This document shows positions 17,961 through 27,240 of a stretch of DNA of 64,000 nt, piece after piece. The first letter of the stretch is position 1. Each line of letters opens with the position of its first letter. The notes under the pieces were generated by a model. That model had not been told where the DNA came from and did not search any database. It worked only from the letters and a program-made list of their open reading frames with translations. Position numbers and translations under genes: made by a program. Source of the stretch: a virus; the IMG/VR virus record IMGVR_UViG_3300028920_000034, positions 64,001 through 128,000 of that record; one strand, written 5' to 3'.

Positions 17961-18763
17961 TGTGCAATCTTAGCCTGAAACGCTTTGATCATCACCTTCA
18001 CCTGTTGCCCTGGGATCTTTTTCAGGTTGGGCAACGGGCTCACCCACTTGGTGAAGTTGGGATCTCCGAGGTACTTCTCCCACTGCGGATCTCTCACCAT
18101 CCCCTTCATGGTCTGCTCCTTGAGCCGGTAGGCGAAACCCCAGTGCGCCAGGCGCTTCATCTTGATCCCGAACTCGAGGCGCAGTGCAGTGAAAAGCAGA
18201 TCTGGAATCGAAGCCGGCTTCTCCACGTCGTCCTGGTGGTCCTTATCGTAGGTCGCGCCGGCCACCTTGAAGTTGTCCCGGTACTCGTCCAGGATTTCAT
18301 CGTTGCGCTTGCGAAGGCGCACCACCTCATCCTCGGTAACCTTCCGGTGGACGTACTTCACCCCCTCCACACCCTTGGCCTCGCGCGGGAGCCGGTCAAT
18401 AGTCCACGGCCCGTGCTGTACCAGGAGGGTCCCCAGCACCGTGATGGTCTCGCGCTCCTGGACCACGTAGACGGCCGTGGTCTCGTTCGGCTCGTCCTCG
18501 AGCTTCACGGCCTTCGGAACGGCGATCAGGGCATAGGCGTGCTGCCCGGGACGCAGCGAGGTGGCGATCTCTCGCTCCTGGATCGCGTCCCGGTAAGCGC
18601 GGCCCCACTTGTCCTCGGGGAGCTGCGAAACCACCAGCTCGCGGAACCTGTCCATGAACGTGCGGAGGAACACCTCCTGGACGCGCTTGTTGCGCTCCTC
18701 CCAGGTGCCCGTCAGCTTGCGGAGCCGCTTCCACCGGCCCGCTGGCTTTACCGCGAGCTTCAC
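17957..18763 (-). CDS. Hypothetical neck-region protein
   Basis: Likely GTG start at 18763, adjacent to the upstream stop; overlaps the next gene. Confidence 0.65.
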   Translation of the reverse strand: MKLAVKPAGRWKRLRKLTGTWEERNKRVQEVFLRTFMDRFRELVVSQLPEDKWGRAYRDAIQEREIATSLRPGQHAYALIAVPKAVKLEDEPNETTAVYVVQERETITVLGTLLVQHGPWTIDRLPREAKGVEGVKYVHRKVTEDEVVRLRKRNDEILDEYRDNFKVAGATYDKDHQDDVEKPASIPDLLFTALRLEFGIKMKRLAHWGFAYRLKEQTMKGMVRDPQWEKYLGDPNFTKWVSPLPNLKKIPGQQVKVMIKAFQAKIAQ

Positions 18764-18764
18764 G

Positions 18765-19163
18765 CTAGTCCCCCACCACGGCGTAGTAGACGTTGGTGGC
18801 CGTGGCGCCGGTGGTGACGTAGACACTGGTCACCTCCGCGTCCAGGTAGAGCACCGCCTTGATCGTGGTGCTCGGCACCTTCAGGCTGATGGCGCGGTCC
18901 GCCTCGGTGCCCCCGAGCTTGATCACCAGGTCCTGGTCCGTCTCGAGGTACAGGAGGCGCCCGGTGCTGATGCTGGCTGGCATGGCGAGCTGGTAGTCGG
19001 TCTCCGAAGCTGGCACCAGCACGCTGTTGCCGCTGGCCTCCGCGAGCTCGTCCACGCTGTTGATCAGCTCCAGGCCAGAGCCGCCGCGCTCCACCAGAGG
19101 GTTGACCATGTTCTGCACCGCCGAAACGATGAGCCGAAACTGCCGCTGTAGATAGAGGGCCAT
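18765..19163 (-). CDS. Beta-rich putative virion protein
   Basis: 132 aa, strand-rich, coupled to neighbours. Confidence 0.7.
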   Translation of the reverse strand: MALYLQRQFRLIVSAVQNMVNPLVERGGSGLELINSVDELAEASGNSVLVPASETDYQLAMPASISTGRLLYLETDQDLVIKLGGTEADRAISLKVPSTTIKAVLYLDAEVTSVYVTTGATATNVYYAVVGD

Positions 19164-19753
19164 CAGTCAATCGTCCACATTCCAAGGGCCTCGTCCGCCT
19201 GGCGGATGGCGCCCTCGAGCTTGTCTGCCAGGGCCGCGCCGGCCTTGACGGCCAGGGCCTTGGCTGCGTCAACGAACATGGCGAGGCCCAGGAGAACCGA
19301 TCCGAGTCCCACGCCGCTCAGGGGAATGTCCATGCCGGAGGGCTTGTGCTTCATCGTGAAGCGCCCCTTTTCGTCTCGACCCTTCCCCTCGTTTTCCTGC
19401 ACCTCAAAGCCGTGCTTTTTGCCGCCCATCACCTTGTCCAGGTTGCGCTGCCCGGCCTTGCGCTGGCTGGTCAGGTCGCGCGGGCCGATGATGGGCTCAC
19501 CGGTGTCCTTGTTGATCAGCACGTGGACACCGTTGATTGTGACCCACTGGCCCTTGTCGCCCAGGTGCTTTTCGATGGTGGACGGCTTCACCTTCCCGCG
19601 CCTGGCCGCGCTTCGGAGCTTCACCTCGGGGCGCTTGCCGCCCTTGACCTTCAGATCGGTGCCTTTGAACGTGACGTTCTTGAACTTCACCGCCTCGTTC
19701 AACTCGGCCACGGCTTCCTCGAGCTGGGCGAGGTTCTCCTTGAGCTGATTCAT
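19163..19753 (-). CDS. Cargo-type protein (tag plus basic domain with WVTINGVHV and RDEKGRF motifs)
   Basis: MNQLKENLAQLEEAVAELNE|A followed by a Lys-rich domain. Confidence 0.75.
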   Translation of the reverse strand: MNQLKENLAQLEEAVAELNEAVKFKNVTFKGTDLKVKGGKRPEVKLRSAARRGKVKPSTIEKHLGDKGQWVTINGVHVLINKDTGEPIIGPRDLTSQRKAGQRNLDKVMGGKKHGFEVQENEGKGRDEKGRFTMKHKPSGMDIPLSGVGLGSVLLGLAMFVDAAKALAVKAGAALADKLEGAIRQADEALGMWTID

Positions 19754-20193
19754 GCCTGGTCTCCCCTTGGGCCGTTGATCAGCTCCGCGATGGGGTTGCG
19801 TGGAGCTGGCTGCCGTGGCGTCCCGGCCGGGCGCCGCTCGTACAGGTCCGGCTTGAGGAGCTCGAGGTGCTTCTCGCAGCTCCCCACCATGCGCTGGTCC
19901 TTGATTGACTCCACGGCCGCGTCTGCATCACGGCCGCACCGCCAGCAATACTGGGGGAGGTTTACGGCACCCAGGGGCCCGCGGTACTCCGGGTAGCCGC
20001 GCCCACCCATGGGTCCGCCGCAGTCCTCACCGAGGCACTCCACCAGGCGCCAATCCGTGGTGCCACGGGCCTCCTTGCCGGCGTGGAGCTTCACGCACAT
20101 GGCGCACACGAAGCTGAATCCGGCCTTCATTGCCGCCGCTACATCTTCGGGGCCGATGGTGAACGCACCGTCTGGTCTACTTGAGCTTTTCAC
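19750..20193 (-). CDS. Cys-rich putative Zn-binding protein
   Basis: CAMC, C-x4-C, CWRC, CEKH. Confidence 0.7.
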   Translation of the reverse strand: MKSSSRPDGAFTIGPEDVAAAMKAGFSFVCAMCVKLHAGKEARGTTDWRLVECLGEDCGGPMGGRGYPEYRGPLGAVNLPQYCWRCGRDADAAVESIKDQRMVGSCEKHLELLKPDLYERRPAGTPRQPAPRNPIAELINGPRGDQA

Positions 20194-20611
20194 GCATCAG
20201 CCCCCTTCGAAGCTCGAGTTGAATCCGGTTGATTGCCATCTTCATCCCATGGCGCCGAAGGAACCAGTCGGTGGTCACCCAGAGGTGTTTGTTTCCCGGC
20301 ACGGCGAACTGGCGCGCCAGCACCATCGCCAGGTCCTTGGCGCTTTCCTCGGTGGCATCCGGAAGCGCGTGCCGAATCCCCACCATGAACAGCATCACCA
20401 GCCAGTCCATGAGGTTGGGGAAGAACTTGAGATCTGGCTTGAGCTCCTTCATGTGGGTGCGGTCCACCGCCTCCGCCACCTGGCGGAGCTCGGCAACCGC
20501 CTCCGGCGATGGCTCTCCGAACAGCTCGAGGATGCCCCTCGAGATCTTCCGGCCGTCAGCTTCTACTGGCTCGGCCATGGGCTCGTTTTCATCATGGACG
20601 GTTCGCATCAT
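20177..20611 (-). CDS. Hypothetical protein
   Basis: 144 aa, abuts both neighbours. Confidence 0.65.
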   Translation of the reverse strand: MMRTVHDENEPMAEPVEADGRKISRGILELFGEPSPEAVAELRQVAEAVDRTHMKELKPDLKFFPNLMDWLVMLFMVGIRHALPDATEESAKDLAMVLARQFAVPGNKHLWVTTDWFLRRHGMKMAINRIQLELRRGLMREKLK

Positions 20612-21121
20612 CTAGTCCGTATCGGGTCCGCCATGAGACGCCACGATTCCGCGCCGCCACGCCTCGAATTTAGTGTTCCGCCGGAGGGTCAGGGTCCACC
20701 CGGTATGATCCAGCCGGGAATCGTCAATGATCCCATCCCGGCTCACTTTCGTCACATCGTAGTATTGATCCCAGGCGAACACCACGTCGCCCTCGCGCGG
20801 GCGCTCGGTGCCCTGGGTCTGCTCCTCCCAGTCGCGCACCGCGATGTTGATCTCACCATCCCACTGCTTCCGACGCCCTTCCTCGCCAGTGGTCAGGGAG
20901 CTCTGTGGGTTCACGCCAAAACATGGCATCCTGAGCCCACTGGGTAAATCCTTCCAGACCAGCGCGGCCGGCTCATCGTACAGCGCCGACGTGCCGCTCC
21001 TGGTGTCGCTATTGGCCTTGTCCAGACGGAAGTAGTAGGCGATCATACCGGCCAGGTCATTCACCTCCTGGGCGATACACTGCATGAACAGCTTGTCCTT
21101 GGTGTGAATCAGCCGGCCCAT
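20612..21121 (-). CDS. Putative head-closure/stopper neck protein
   Basis: YYFRLD...LYDE...RPREGDVV...YYDVTKV beta-barrel pattern typical of head-closure proteins. Confidence 0.6.
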   Translation of the reverse strand: MGRLIHTKDKLFMQCIAQEVNDLAGMIAYYFRLDKANSDTRSGTSALYDEPAALVWKDLPSGLRMPCFGVNPQSSLTTGEEGRRKQWDGEINIAVRDWEEQTQGTERPREGDVVFAWDQYYDVTKVSRDGIIDDSRLDHTGWTLTLRRNTKFEAWRRGIVASHGGPDTD

Positions 21122-21124
21122 GAA

Positions 21125-21715
21125 CTACCGCCCCCGCTTCCCGAGCCCCAGGGCGCCCTTCACCGAGTCGATGAGACCCTGGCCGAATCCAAACGGGTCA
21201 CGCTGCTCCTCCTCGGTGACCAGGTAGCCGTCCACGAAGAGGGCCTCGTTCGCCTTGGCCGAAGGAGCCCCGATCCCACCACGCTCGTCTGGCTGTGGCG
21301 CCCCGGGTCCCTTCGGTTCTCCACCCTGGTCCTGGCCAGGCTGCGCCACCTGGGCCTGTGGCTTCGGCTTCGGCTTCTCAGGCGCCTTGGCCTTGGGGAG
21401 GCGCTCGAGGATCTTGGCTCCATCGGCCAGAATCTTCTCGAGACTCACCGCCGCCTGGTCCGCCTTGCCGTTGTCCACCATCTCCAGCACACCACCCATC
21501 CGCTTGGCCAGGGTCTCGAGCTCACCCTTGATCGTCTCACGCTGGGCCGCCAGCTTGGCCTTGGAGCCCTCCTGGAGCTGTGGTGCCGCACCGGTGATAC
21601 TGGCGAGCTCGGCCCCAAACCAGTCCACCTCTTCCCCGATCACCTCGCGTGTAAGGCCGCTCAGGTGCGCCAGCTCGTTCATCAGGTGCTCGGTGTCGCT
21701 CCGCTTTGCCATCAC
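21125..21715 (-). CDS. Cargo-type/prohead-associated hypothetical protein
   Basis: HLMNELAHLSGL tag and LQE|G site. Confidence 0.7.
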   Translation of the reverse strand: MMAKRSDTEHLMNELAHLSGLTREVIGEEVDWFGAELASITGAAPQLQEGSKAKLAAQRETIKGELETLAKRMGGVLEMVDNGKADQAAVSLEKILADGAKILERLPKAKAPEKPKPKPQAQVAQPGQDQGGEPKGPGAPQPDERGGIGAPSAKANEALFVDGYLVTEEEQRDPFGFGQGLIDSVKGALGLGKRGR

Positions 21716-21721
21716 AGTCTC

Positions 21722-22624
21722 CTAGTACGGGTCTCGGCCCGTGATCGCGTAGTAGTCACGATCCTTGGCCACCCGCACCGCATAGGGCTCGCCCTGGGTG
21801 TGCCGCTGCCAATCACGGGCGCGTCCCTTCCCCGTGAGCTCAATCATCCGCCGGTCGGGGACGCCCCCCTTGGACTTCCGCCGCTTGGCGTACTGCCACT
21901 GGACCATCTTGCGCCTGGCGATCATCTGGGAACTCTTAGCCGGGCTGTGGTGGAACTTGTACCCGGTTCGCTTCCCACGCACGTAGATCGCCCGAACCAT
22001 GTGCTTATACATATTGGCGTGCGAAACGGCCGCCTTGTACTTTCCTGGCTTTCCCTTGGGACCCTTGCGCCGGAGAATCGCCTCCGGTGGCTGGCCCTTT
22101 CGTGGCTTCACTGGCAGGTTGCCCGCGCTCCTCGAGGTAGTATCCAGGTTCGCCGGCCACGGCTCCGGGTACTCCGGCCCGGGTGGCCCCGGAATCGGGA
22201 TGCCCTTGGAGTCGAATCGCGGGCCTTCCTTGCCTGGCTTCGGAGGAGCTCCACCTGCATGGCGCTGCGTCGGGATCTCCACCCGGCCACCCGGCTCATC
22301 CTTGGGCTGCTTCTTGGGGATGCCCACCTTGGTGCTCGGTGGCTGTGGCCGAGCTGCCGCCGGTTTCGTGGTAGGCTTCTTGACTTCCTTGCGCTTCTTG
22401 AACAGGTCCTTGAGCCGCTGGGCCGCCCGGGACTTGAGCTCCTTGGCACGCTGGATAGCCGACTTGGCCACCTTCCTGGCCCCGCGCAACACGTCACCGA
22501 GCCGCTCGTCTAGCACCTCCTGGCCGTAGGTGGCCACGGGCACCGGGACAGAGCTCTCCGCCATGGCGCGCATCGCCCGCGCACGCGAGGCGATGGGGTT
22601 GGGCTTGGAAAGGGAGACCAGCAT
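21722..22624 (-). CDS. Highly basic cargo-type protein
   Basis: VLDE|R site, then K/R/P-rich; C-domain resembles 23217-23633. Confidence 0.72.
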   Translation of the reverse strand: MLVSLSKPNPIASRARAMRAMAESSVPVPVATYGQEVLDERLGDVLRGARKVAKSAIQRAKELKSRAAQRLKDLFKKRKEVKKPTTKPAAARPQPPSTKVGIPKKQPKDEPGGRVEIPTQRHAGGAPPKPGKEGPRFDSKGIPIPGPPGPEYPEPWPANLDTTSRSAGNLPVKPRKGQPPEAILRRKGPKGKPGKYKAAVSHANMYKHMVRAIYVRGKRTGYKFHHSPAKSSQMIARRKMVQWQYAKRRKSKGGVPDRRMIELTGKGRARDWQRHTQGEPYAVRVAKDRDYYAITGRDPY

Positions 22625-22625
22625 C

Positions 22626-23213
22626 CTACTCCTCGAGCACCCCGGAATCGTCTACCACCTGGCGCACGGCCTCGAGCATCACCTCCGCCGTCTCGGGTGA
22701 CAGGTCCACCTGGCCGCCGGCCTCGAGGAGCCCCATGGTGGCGAGCTCCGCGTTCACCGCGCCCACGGCCGCGCCCACCAGGCGCTTCCAGTGGTCGGCG
22801 TTGAGGGCCACGTTGCCATCGTCCTCGAGCTCGAGGCCCAGGCTGTCCGCCTCCGGCACGTTCTTCAGCTTGGAGCTGCCGTTGCTCCCCGGCTTGTCCT
22901 TGGAGCACTTCTTTCCGGCCGCGCCGGCTTCGCTCACCAGGGACAGGACGTTGCTCAGACGATCCTTCAAATCACCCTTCATCACGGACTTCTGGGCATC
23001 GGACATGATTCTTTCCTCCGCCGCGGACTCACCGCGGATTCTCTGCACCGCTGTTCCCAGGGCGCGCTTTCTGTGCCCGAGCTTGGTAGCAGCGGACACC
23101 TTTTTCGACGGCTTGACCCCCTTCACGGCTCCCCAGGTGAGATACCTGTGACTCATCTTGGGGAGCTTGGCCGTCTTGGCCGTAGCGTGGTGGGGGCCTT
23201 TTTTGCCGCTCAT
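22626..23213 (-). CDS. Cargo-type hypothetical protein
   Basis: Basic N-part; DRLSNVLSLVSE|A and MGLLE|A. Confidence 0.7.
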   Translation of the reverse strand: MSGKKGPHHATAKTAKLPKMSHRYLTWGAVKGVKPSKKVSAATKLGHRKRALGTAVQRIRGESAAEERIMSDAQKSVMKGDLKDRLSNVLSLVSEAGAAGKKCSKDKPGSNGSSKLKNVPEADSLGLELEDDGNVALNADHWKRLVGAAVGAVNAELATMGLLEAGGQVDLSPETAEVMLEAVRQVVDDSGVLEE

Positions 23214-23216
23214 AGG

Positions 23217-23633
23217 CTACACACCTTTCACGATTTTCTCGTACTCCGCATCCTTGTTGGCCGCGTCACCCTGGCGAGCGAAGTAGGTAGCGCGGCCGGT
23301 TCCCTTCCTTGTCAGCTTGCGGGAGCCCTTGCGTACCTGTCCAGCCTTTTGCATGGCCGCCGTGCAGATGGCGAACGCTTTGGACAGGCCCTCCTTTCCC
23401 TTTTCGCCTTTCTGGTACACGTCCACCACGCACCGGCGGATCCCACGTGGGTTCTGGCTCACCAGCTCTCCCTCGCTGTCGCGCTTCTCGCGAATGGGCA
23501 CCAGGCGCTTGCCGCCATCGAACACCCAGGACGGCTCCCCGGTGATCTCAGGCTCCGGGTGCGTCCAGAGCTCCCACTCCCCCTCGTCCTCAAGCTGGTG
23601 GGCCAGGCCCTCGTATAGCTCACGGATGCTCAT
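23217..23633 (-). CDS. Cargo-type hypothetical protein
   Basis: Acidic leader MSIRELYEGL, then basic domain AFAICTAAMQKAG...LTRKG. Confidence 0.72.
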   Translation of the reverse strand: MSIRELYEGLAHQLEDEGEWELWTHPEPEITGEPSWVFDGGKRLVPIREKRDSEGELVSQNPRGIRRCVVDVYQKGEKGKEGLSKAFAICTAAMQKAGQVRKGSRKLTRKGTGRATYFARQGDAANKDAEYEKIVKGV

Positions 23634-24334
23634 CGATCACCTCGTTCCCAGGAGCCAGTGGACACCTGGTGTACCCAGTTGTTCAGTGCGGCGTGGGCCT
23701 GGCGGAGAGAGCCATGGAACTGATCCACCGTGGCTTGCTGTGCCGGGTTGAGGTGCCTCCGCCTCTCCCTGGGAAAATCGTCGCTCATGGCGATCTTGGA
23801 CAGAAAGTCATTCCACACCTTTAGGGCACGGCGTGGGTCTCCTTTCCTGCGTGCCTCGGTGAGCCCCTCGCTCTCCTGGGCAAACATAGCCGCGATGCTG
23901 TTGGGGTCATCCTGGGCGCCAGGCACGCCCTGGGGCTTTCCACCGCCAAGGCGCTGGCCATCCGCCAGGAGACCACGCATCGCTCCCAGGCGCTCGCGCA
24001 CGTCCGCGCGATCCCCGAGGGTAGCAATGGACTCGGTGCGCCCGCGCCGCTTCCCCTTGCGCTTCCCTTTGCCTTGGAACCGCTCCCAGACCTTGGGCCA
24101 CCGCTTCTTGACGGCCTTGAATACCTGGTCCTTGTGCTTCTTGTTGTCGGGCCACGTGGCGTAGGTCAGCGCGGTCATCGCCTGCTTCGCGCTCTGGATC
24201 GGAAACAGCCGCTCGCCGGGGATGGCGAAGTCCTTGTCCGATAGCGCCTCCCGCGTTGACTGGGCCATCTCCCCGAAGTGCTCCGCATCGTTCACCTGGT
24301 CCACTGCGCCCTGCAATCGGTCCTTGATTTCCAT
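23630..24334 (-). CDS. Cargo-type protein with DUF6582-like domain
   Basis: REALSDKDFAIPGERLFPIQSAKQAMTAL resembles a small phage head-associated domain; internal GLTE|A. Confidence 0.72.
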   Translation of the reverse strand: MEIKDRLQGAVDQVNDAEHFGEMAQSTREALSDKDFAIPGERLFPIQSAKQAMTALTYATWPDNKKHKDQVFKAVKKRWPKVWERFQGKGKRKGKRRGRTESIATLGDRADVRERLGAMRGLLADGQRLGGGKPQGVPGAQDDPNSIAAMFAQESEGLTEARRKGDPRRALKVWNDFLSKIAMSDDFPRERRRHLNPAQQATVDQFHGSLRQAHAALNNWVHQVSTGSWERGDR

Positions 24335-24342
24335 TCTGTCCT

Positions 24343-24416
24343 CCGGAGACCCTCTTGACTCTTACTCTCCAAAGGGAGAGATAAGGTTAATTAAGCAGAA
24401 GCAACACCCGTGCCAA
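24343..24416 (-). repeat. 74-bp element, copy 3 (sense to downstream gene)
   Basis: Reverse complement TTGGCACGGGTGTTGCTTCTGCTTAATTAACCTTATCTCTCCCTTTGGAGAGTAAGAGTCAAGAGGGTCTCCGG; its end runs into the GGAGG RBS of the 24334 start. Confidence 0.9.
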
Positions 24417-24418
24417 GT

Positions 24419-24850
24419 CTAGTAGTCGCTGGTGTAGTCCACGTCCACGTAGAAGCCTCCACCCTTGATCCAGTGATACCAGACGATGGGGTGACTTCCC
24501 GGCTCACTCAGGCCCACCTGGTCCCCGAGGGGATGATTCTCGGTGAGCCCAGCTTCTTTCATAAACTTCAGGAGCTGGCGCTCCATGTTGCGTGTGTACT
24601 GGGCCAGGTCCTGGGTGAACATGCCCTTTTTGCCCACACCAGCCGGGGTGGGCTTGTAGAACGTGTCACCCTGTGGGTTGGTGTAGGAACCGCCACCAGC
24701 CTTTGTGCCCTTGAGCACCTTGGAAAAGCCGTTGCCGGTAAGGAGCCCGACAATGCGCCTGGTCTGCGGGGTCATCTTGGACTCGAAGAGGCGCTCGGCC
24801 TCCTCCGTGATCTCCCCCACCTTGCGGATTCTGTCGCTGATTTCGCTCAT
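24419..24850 (-). CDS. Cargo-type hypothetical protein
   Basis: MSEISDRIRKVGEITEEAERLFE|S leader. Confidence 0.72.
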   Translation of the reverse strand: MSEISDRIRKVGEITEEAERLFESKMTPQTRRIVGLLTGNGFSKVLKGTKAGGGSYTNPQGDTFYKPTPAGVGKKGMFTQDLAQYTRNMERQLLKFMKEAGLTENHPLGDQVGLSEPGSHPIVWYHWIKGGGFYVDVDYTSDY

Positions 24851-24856
24851 GGCTTC

Positions 24857-25777
24857 CTATCCCAGGGACGGCCACATCAGGATGGTCACGTTGTAATCCT
24901 TGCGCCGCCGTTGTTTGTTCTTGGGGTTGTACTCGTCCGCGCGCACCACGATGCCAGCCGAGCGGTCTGGCATCTCCCACCGCTTGAACACGGCCTTGAC
25001 GAACTCGCGCTCCCCGGCTTGCTCCTCGGTGGTGCCGTGGAGCTGTGGGTCGCGTTTGGCGAACCGCGTCACCACTCCCAGGAGCTTCTGGAGCTGCGCC
25101 GCGTCCATGTCAGCATTGAACCGATGGGCCTTGTCCCGGATGCCCGAAATGGACACGCGCTTCTGGTGACGCATCCGGAGCTTCTTGAACCAGTCGCGGA
25201 GCTTGCTGGCATCCGTCTCCCAGTCCATGACCGTCTTGTCTTGGCGGTCACTGATGCCACTCAGGAGACGAGACCCCTCGGGGCTATCGTACATGAGGAG
25301 AGTCATCCGCGCGTAGTAGCCGGGCTCTCCCCCGTCACGCAGGTACATCCGGTAGGCGCGATCATCGTCACGCCACACGGTCTCGTCCGAATGCTCCCTG
25401 GTGAGCCGAATCGCCGGGTCCTTAGAGCTCCGCACCCACACGACACCGTTCGGTGAGCTCTCTCGCCGGTACTTCGCCGCCCGGGCCCAGGAGTCAATCA
25501 TGCGCTCGGCCTTGCCGTAGGTCTCCCACGCCTTTCCGTCATCCTGGATCGGCCCATCGTAGCCGTACTCCAGGTCTCCCCAGGAGCCCCACCTGGTGAG
25601 GTGCCTATCGGCCCGCTTGAGAAGCGAGTCAATGTCCTCTGGGGGAGGGCCGTAGCGGTAGTCTGCCGGATCGTACTGATCTTTCCGAAGCGTGGCCCGG
25701 TACTTCCCGCCGATGAACCGCGCCTTGGCTTCGGTCACCAGGGCGCCGGCCGCGTGTAGGCGCTCGCGGAGCTGCAT
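24857..25777 (-). CDS. Cargo-type hypothetical protein
   Basis: Likely start MQLRERLHAAGALVTE|A at 25777, coupled to the upstream stop. Confidence 0.72.
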   Translation of the reverse strand: MQLRERLHAAGALVTEAKARFIGGKYRATLRKDQYDPADYRYGPPPEDIDSLLKRADRHLTRWGSWGDLEYGYDGPIQDDGKAWETYGKAERMIDSWARAAKYRRESSPNGVVWVRSSKDPAIRLTREHSDETVWRDDDRAYRMYLRDGGEPGYYARMTLLMYDSPEGSRLLSGISDRQDKTVMDWETDASKLRDWFKKLRMRHQKRVSISGIRDKAHRFNADMDAAQLQKLLGVVTRFAKRDPQLHGTTEEQAGEREFVKAVFKRWEMPDRSAGIVVRADEYNPKNKQRRRKDYNVTILMWPSLG

Positions 25778-26184
25778 CAGGTCTCCCCGAGGGCCGCCGG
25801 GGCGAACATCACGGTGGCCCGCAGCTCGGTGGTGGTGGGCGTGCCCGTGGTCACCAGCTTGAGCTTCTGGCCAGGCAGGAGAGTGACCCGATTCGCAGCG
25901 AGGAGAACGTACACCACACTCGAGGTGCCAGTGAGCCACGCCATATCCCCGGCCACCGGGTCCACGATGTTGAGGGTCCAGGTGGACTGCCCGGCACCCT
26001 TGAACTGGAACCCCATCACCTCCACGGCCCGTTTCTCGGAGCCGGTGAACTCGAATAGGCCACCATGACTGTTCACGGTGTCCTTTGGGTACACCTTCAC
26101 GCCGTCTGTGGTGACCGGATCAGTGGTCGGGAGCACGCCATCGAAGTTGTCGCCAACGTCCATGACTTGTGTGATTGCGAACAT
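25777..26184 (-). CDS. Beta-rich putative virion protein
   Basis: 135 aa, strand-rich, in operon. Confidence 0.7.
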   Translation of the reverse strand: MFAITQVMDVGDNFDGVLPTTDPVTTDGVKVYPKDTVNSHGGLFEFTGSEKRAVEVMGFQFKGAGQSTWTLNIVDPVAGDMAWLTGTSSVVYVLLAANRVTLLPGQKLKLVTTGTPTTTELRATVMFAPAALGET

Positions 26185-26185
26185 G

Positions 26186-26470
26186 CTACGCCTCCACCAT
26201 CCCGCGATCCCACAGGGACGCGATGTAAGGCTTCACGCCCTTGCCCTTGGCCACCAGCTCGCCCCACCGGCACCCCGTCTCGAAGTCGAAAGCGGAGTAC
26301 ACCGGGGCGCGATACAGGGCGCCGTTCCGGAGGTAGTATTCGTGCCCGTCCAGGAACCCAAGATGGCCCCAGCTCCACTTCATGCCCTGGTAGGTCGGGT
26401 GCTCGTAAGGCTGCACCCCATGGACCATTTCCTGGAGCTCCTGGAAGTCCTCGGTGATGTTCTTCGCCAT
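26186..26470 (-). CDS. Small hypothetical protein with acidic leader
   Basis: MAKNITEDFQELQE; good RBS (GAGGAG). Confidence 0.7.
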   Translation of the reverse strand: MAKNITEDFQELQEMVHGVQPYEHPTYQGMKWSWGHLGFLDGHEYYLRNGALYRAPVYSAFDFETGCRWGELVAKGKGVKPYIASLWDRGMVEA

Positions 26471-26484
26471 GTGGGTCGTCTCCT

Positions 26485-27240
26485 CTACCCAGTGATGATG
26501 GCCGGCGGAGGCATCAGGGCCATGAGCTCCCTGTCCAGCCGCTCAAAGTCCGCCTGGGCCTCCTGGAGCAAATTGTCACCATCCAAGCTCACATTGCCCT
26601 GGGCCGCCGGCAAGCCCCCGGTGTACTTGCCGCGAATCCTGCCCAGGATGTACTTGGACTCCGCCAGGGCACGCTCCCTGATCAGGAACGCATCCTGGGG
26701 AGGAACCATGGACAGGTACTTCGAATCGAACGGGGTCTCGTACTTGTAGACGATCTTCTGCGCCACCATGTTGTCGCTCGGACGCGGCGTGATGGTGAGC
26801 ACCTTCGTTTGCGAGTTGAAAATCCAGTCCGCGTCCACGGACAGCACCCGCGCGCCCGTCTCCCTCATCTGTTGCCACTGGACGATCCCACTGTAGAAAC
26901 CACCCTGCCCCTCGTTCTGGAGATACCAGTCATAGGGATAGCCTTGCACGTCCAGGAACCCATCCCAAAGGTACTCCAGGTCCCACCCGTAGTCCGCCAC
27001 GAAGTAAATGTCGATGATGCCCACCACGGGCGGATCTACCGCGCTCAGATCGTACTCGGACTGATCGGTGACCAGTTGGAGCTCGGCCTCCTTGTACCAG
27101 CCCCTGTAGGCGCTCCACCAGATGAACGCATCGGTGATCGCCTGGTCCACCTGCTCCTCGTCCAGCTCCACGCAGACCACCGGGTGACCCAGCTTCCGCA
27201 TGATGAACGAGCGGATGTTTTCGATACCCAATGTGGCCAT
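26485..27240 (-). CDS. Neck/head-tail adaptor, T4 gp13-like
   Basis: IMRKLGHPVVCVELDEEQVDQAI...ALAESKYILGRIRGKY..GLP....VSLDGDNLLQEA. Confidence 0.85.
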   Translation of the reverse strand: MATLGIENIRSFIMRKLGHPVVCVELDEEQVDQAITDAFIWWSAYRGWYKEAELQLVTDQSEYDLSAVDPPVVGIIDIYFVADYGWDLEYLWDGFLDVQGYPYDWYLQNEGQGGFYSGIVQWQQMRETGARVLSVDADWIFNSQTKVLTITPRPSDNMVAQKIVYKYETPFDSKYLSMVPPQDAFLIRERALAESKYILGRIRGKYTGGLPAAQGNVSLDGDNLLQEAQADFERLDRELMALMPPPAIITG

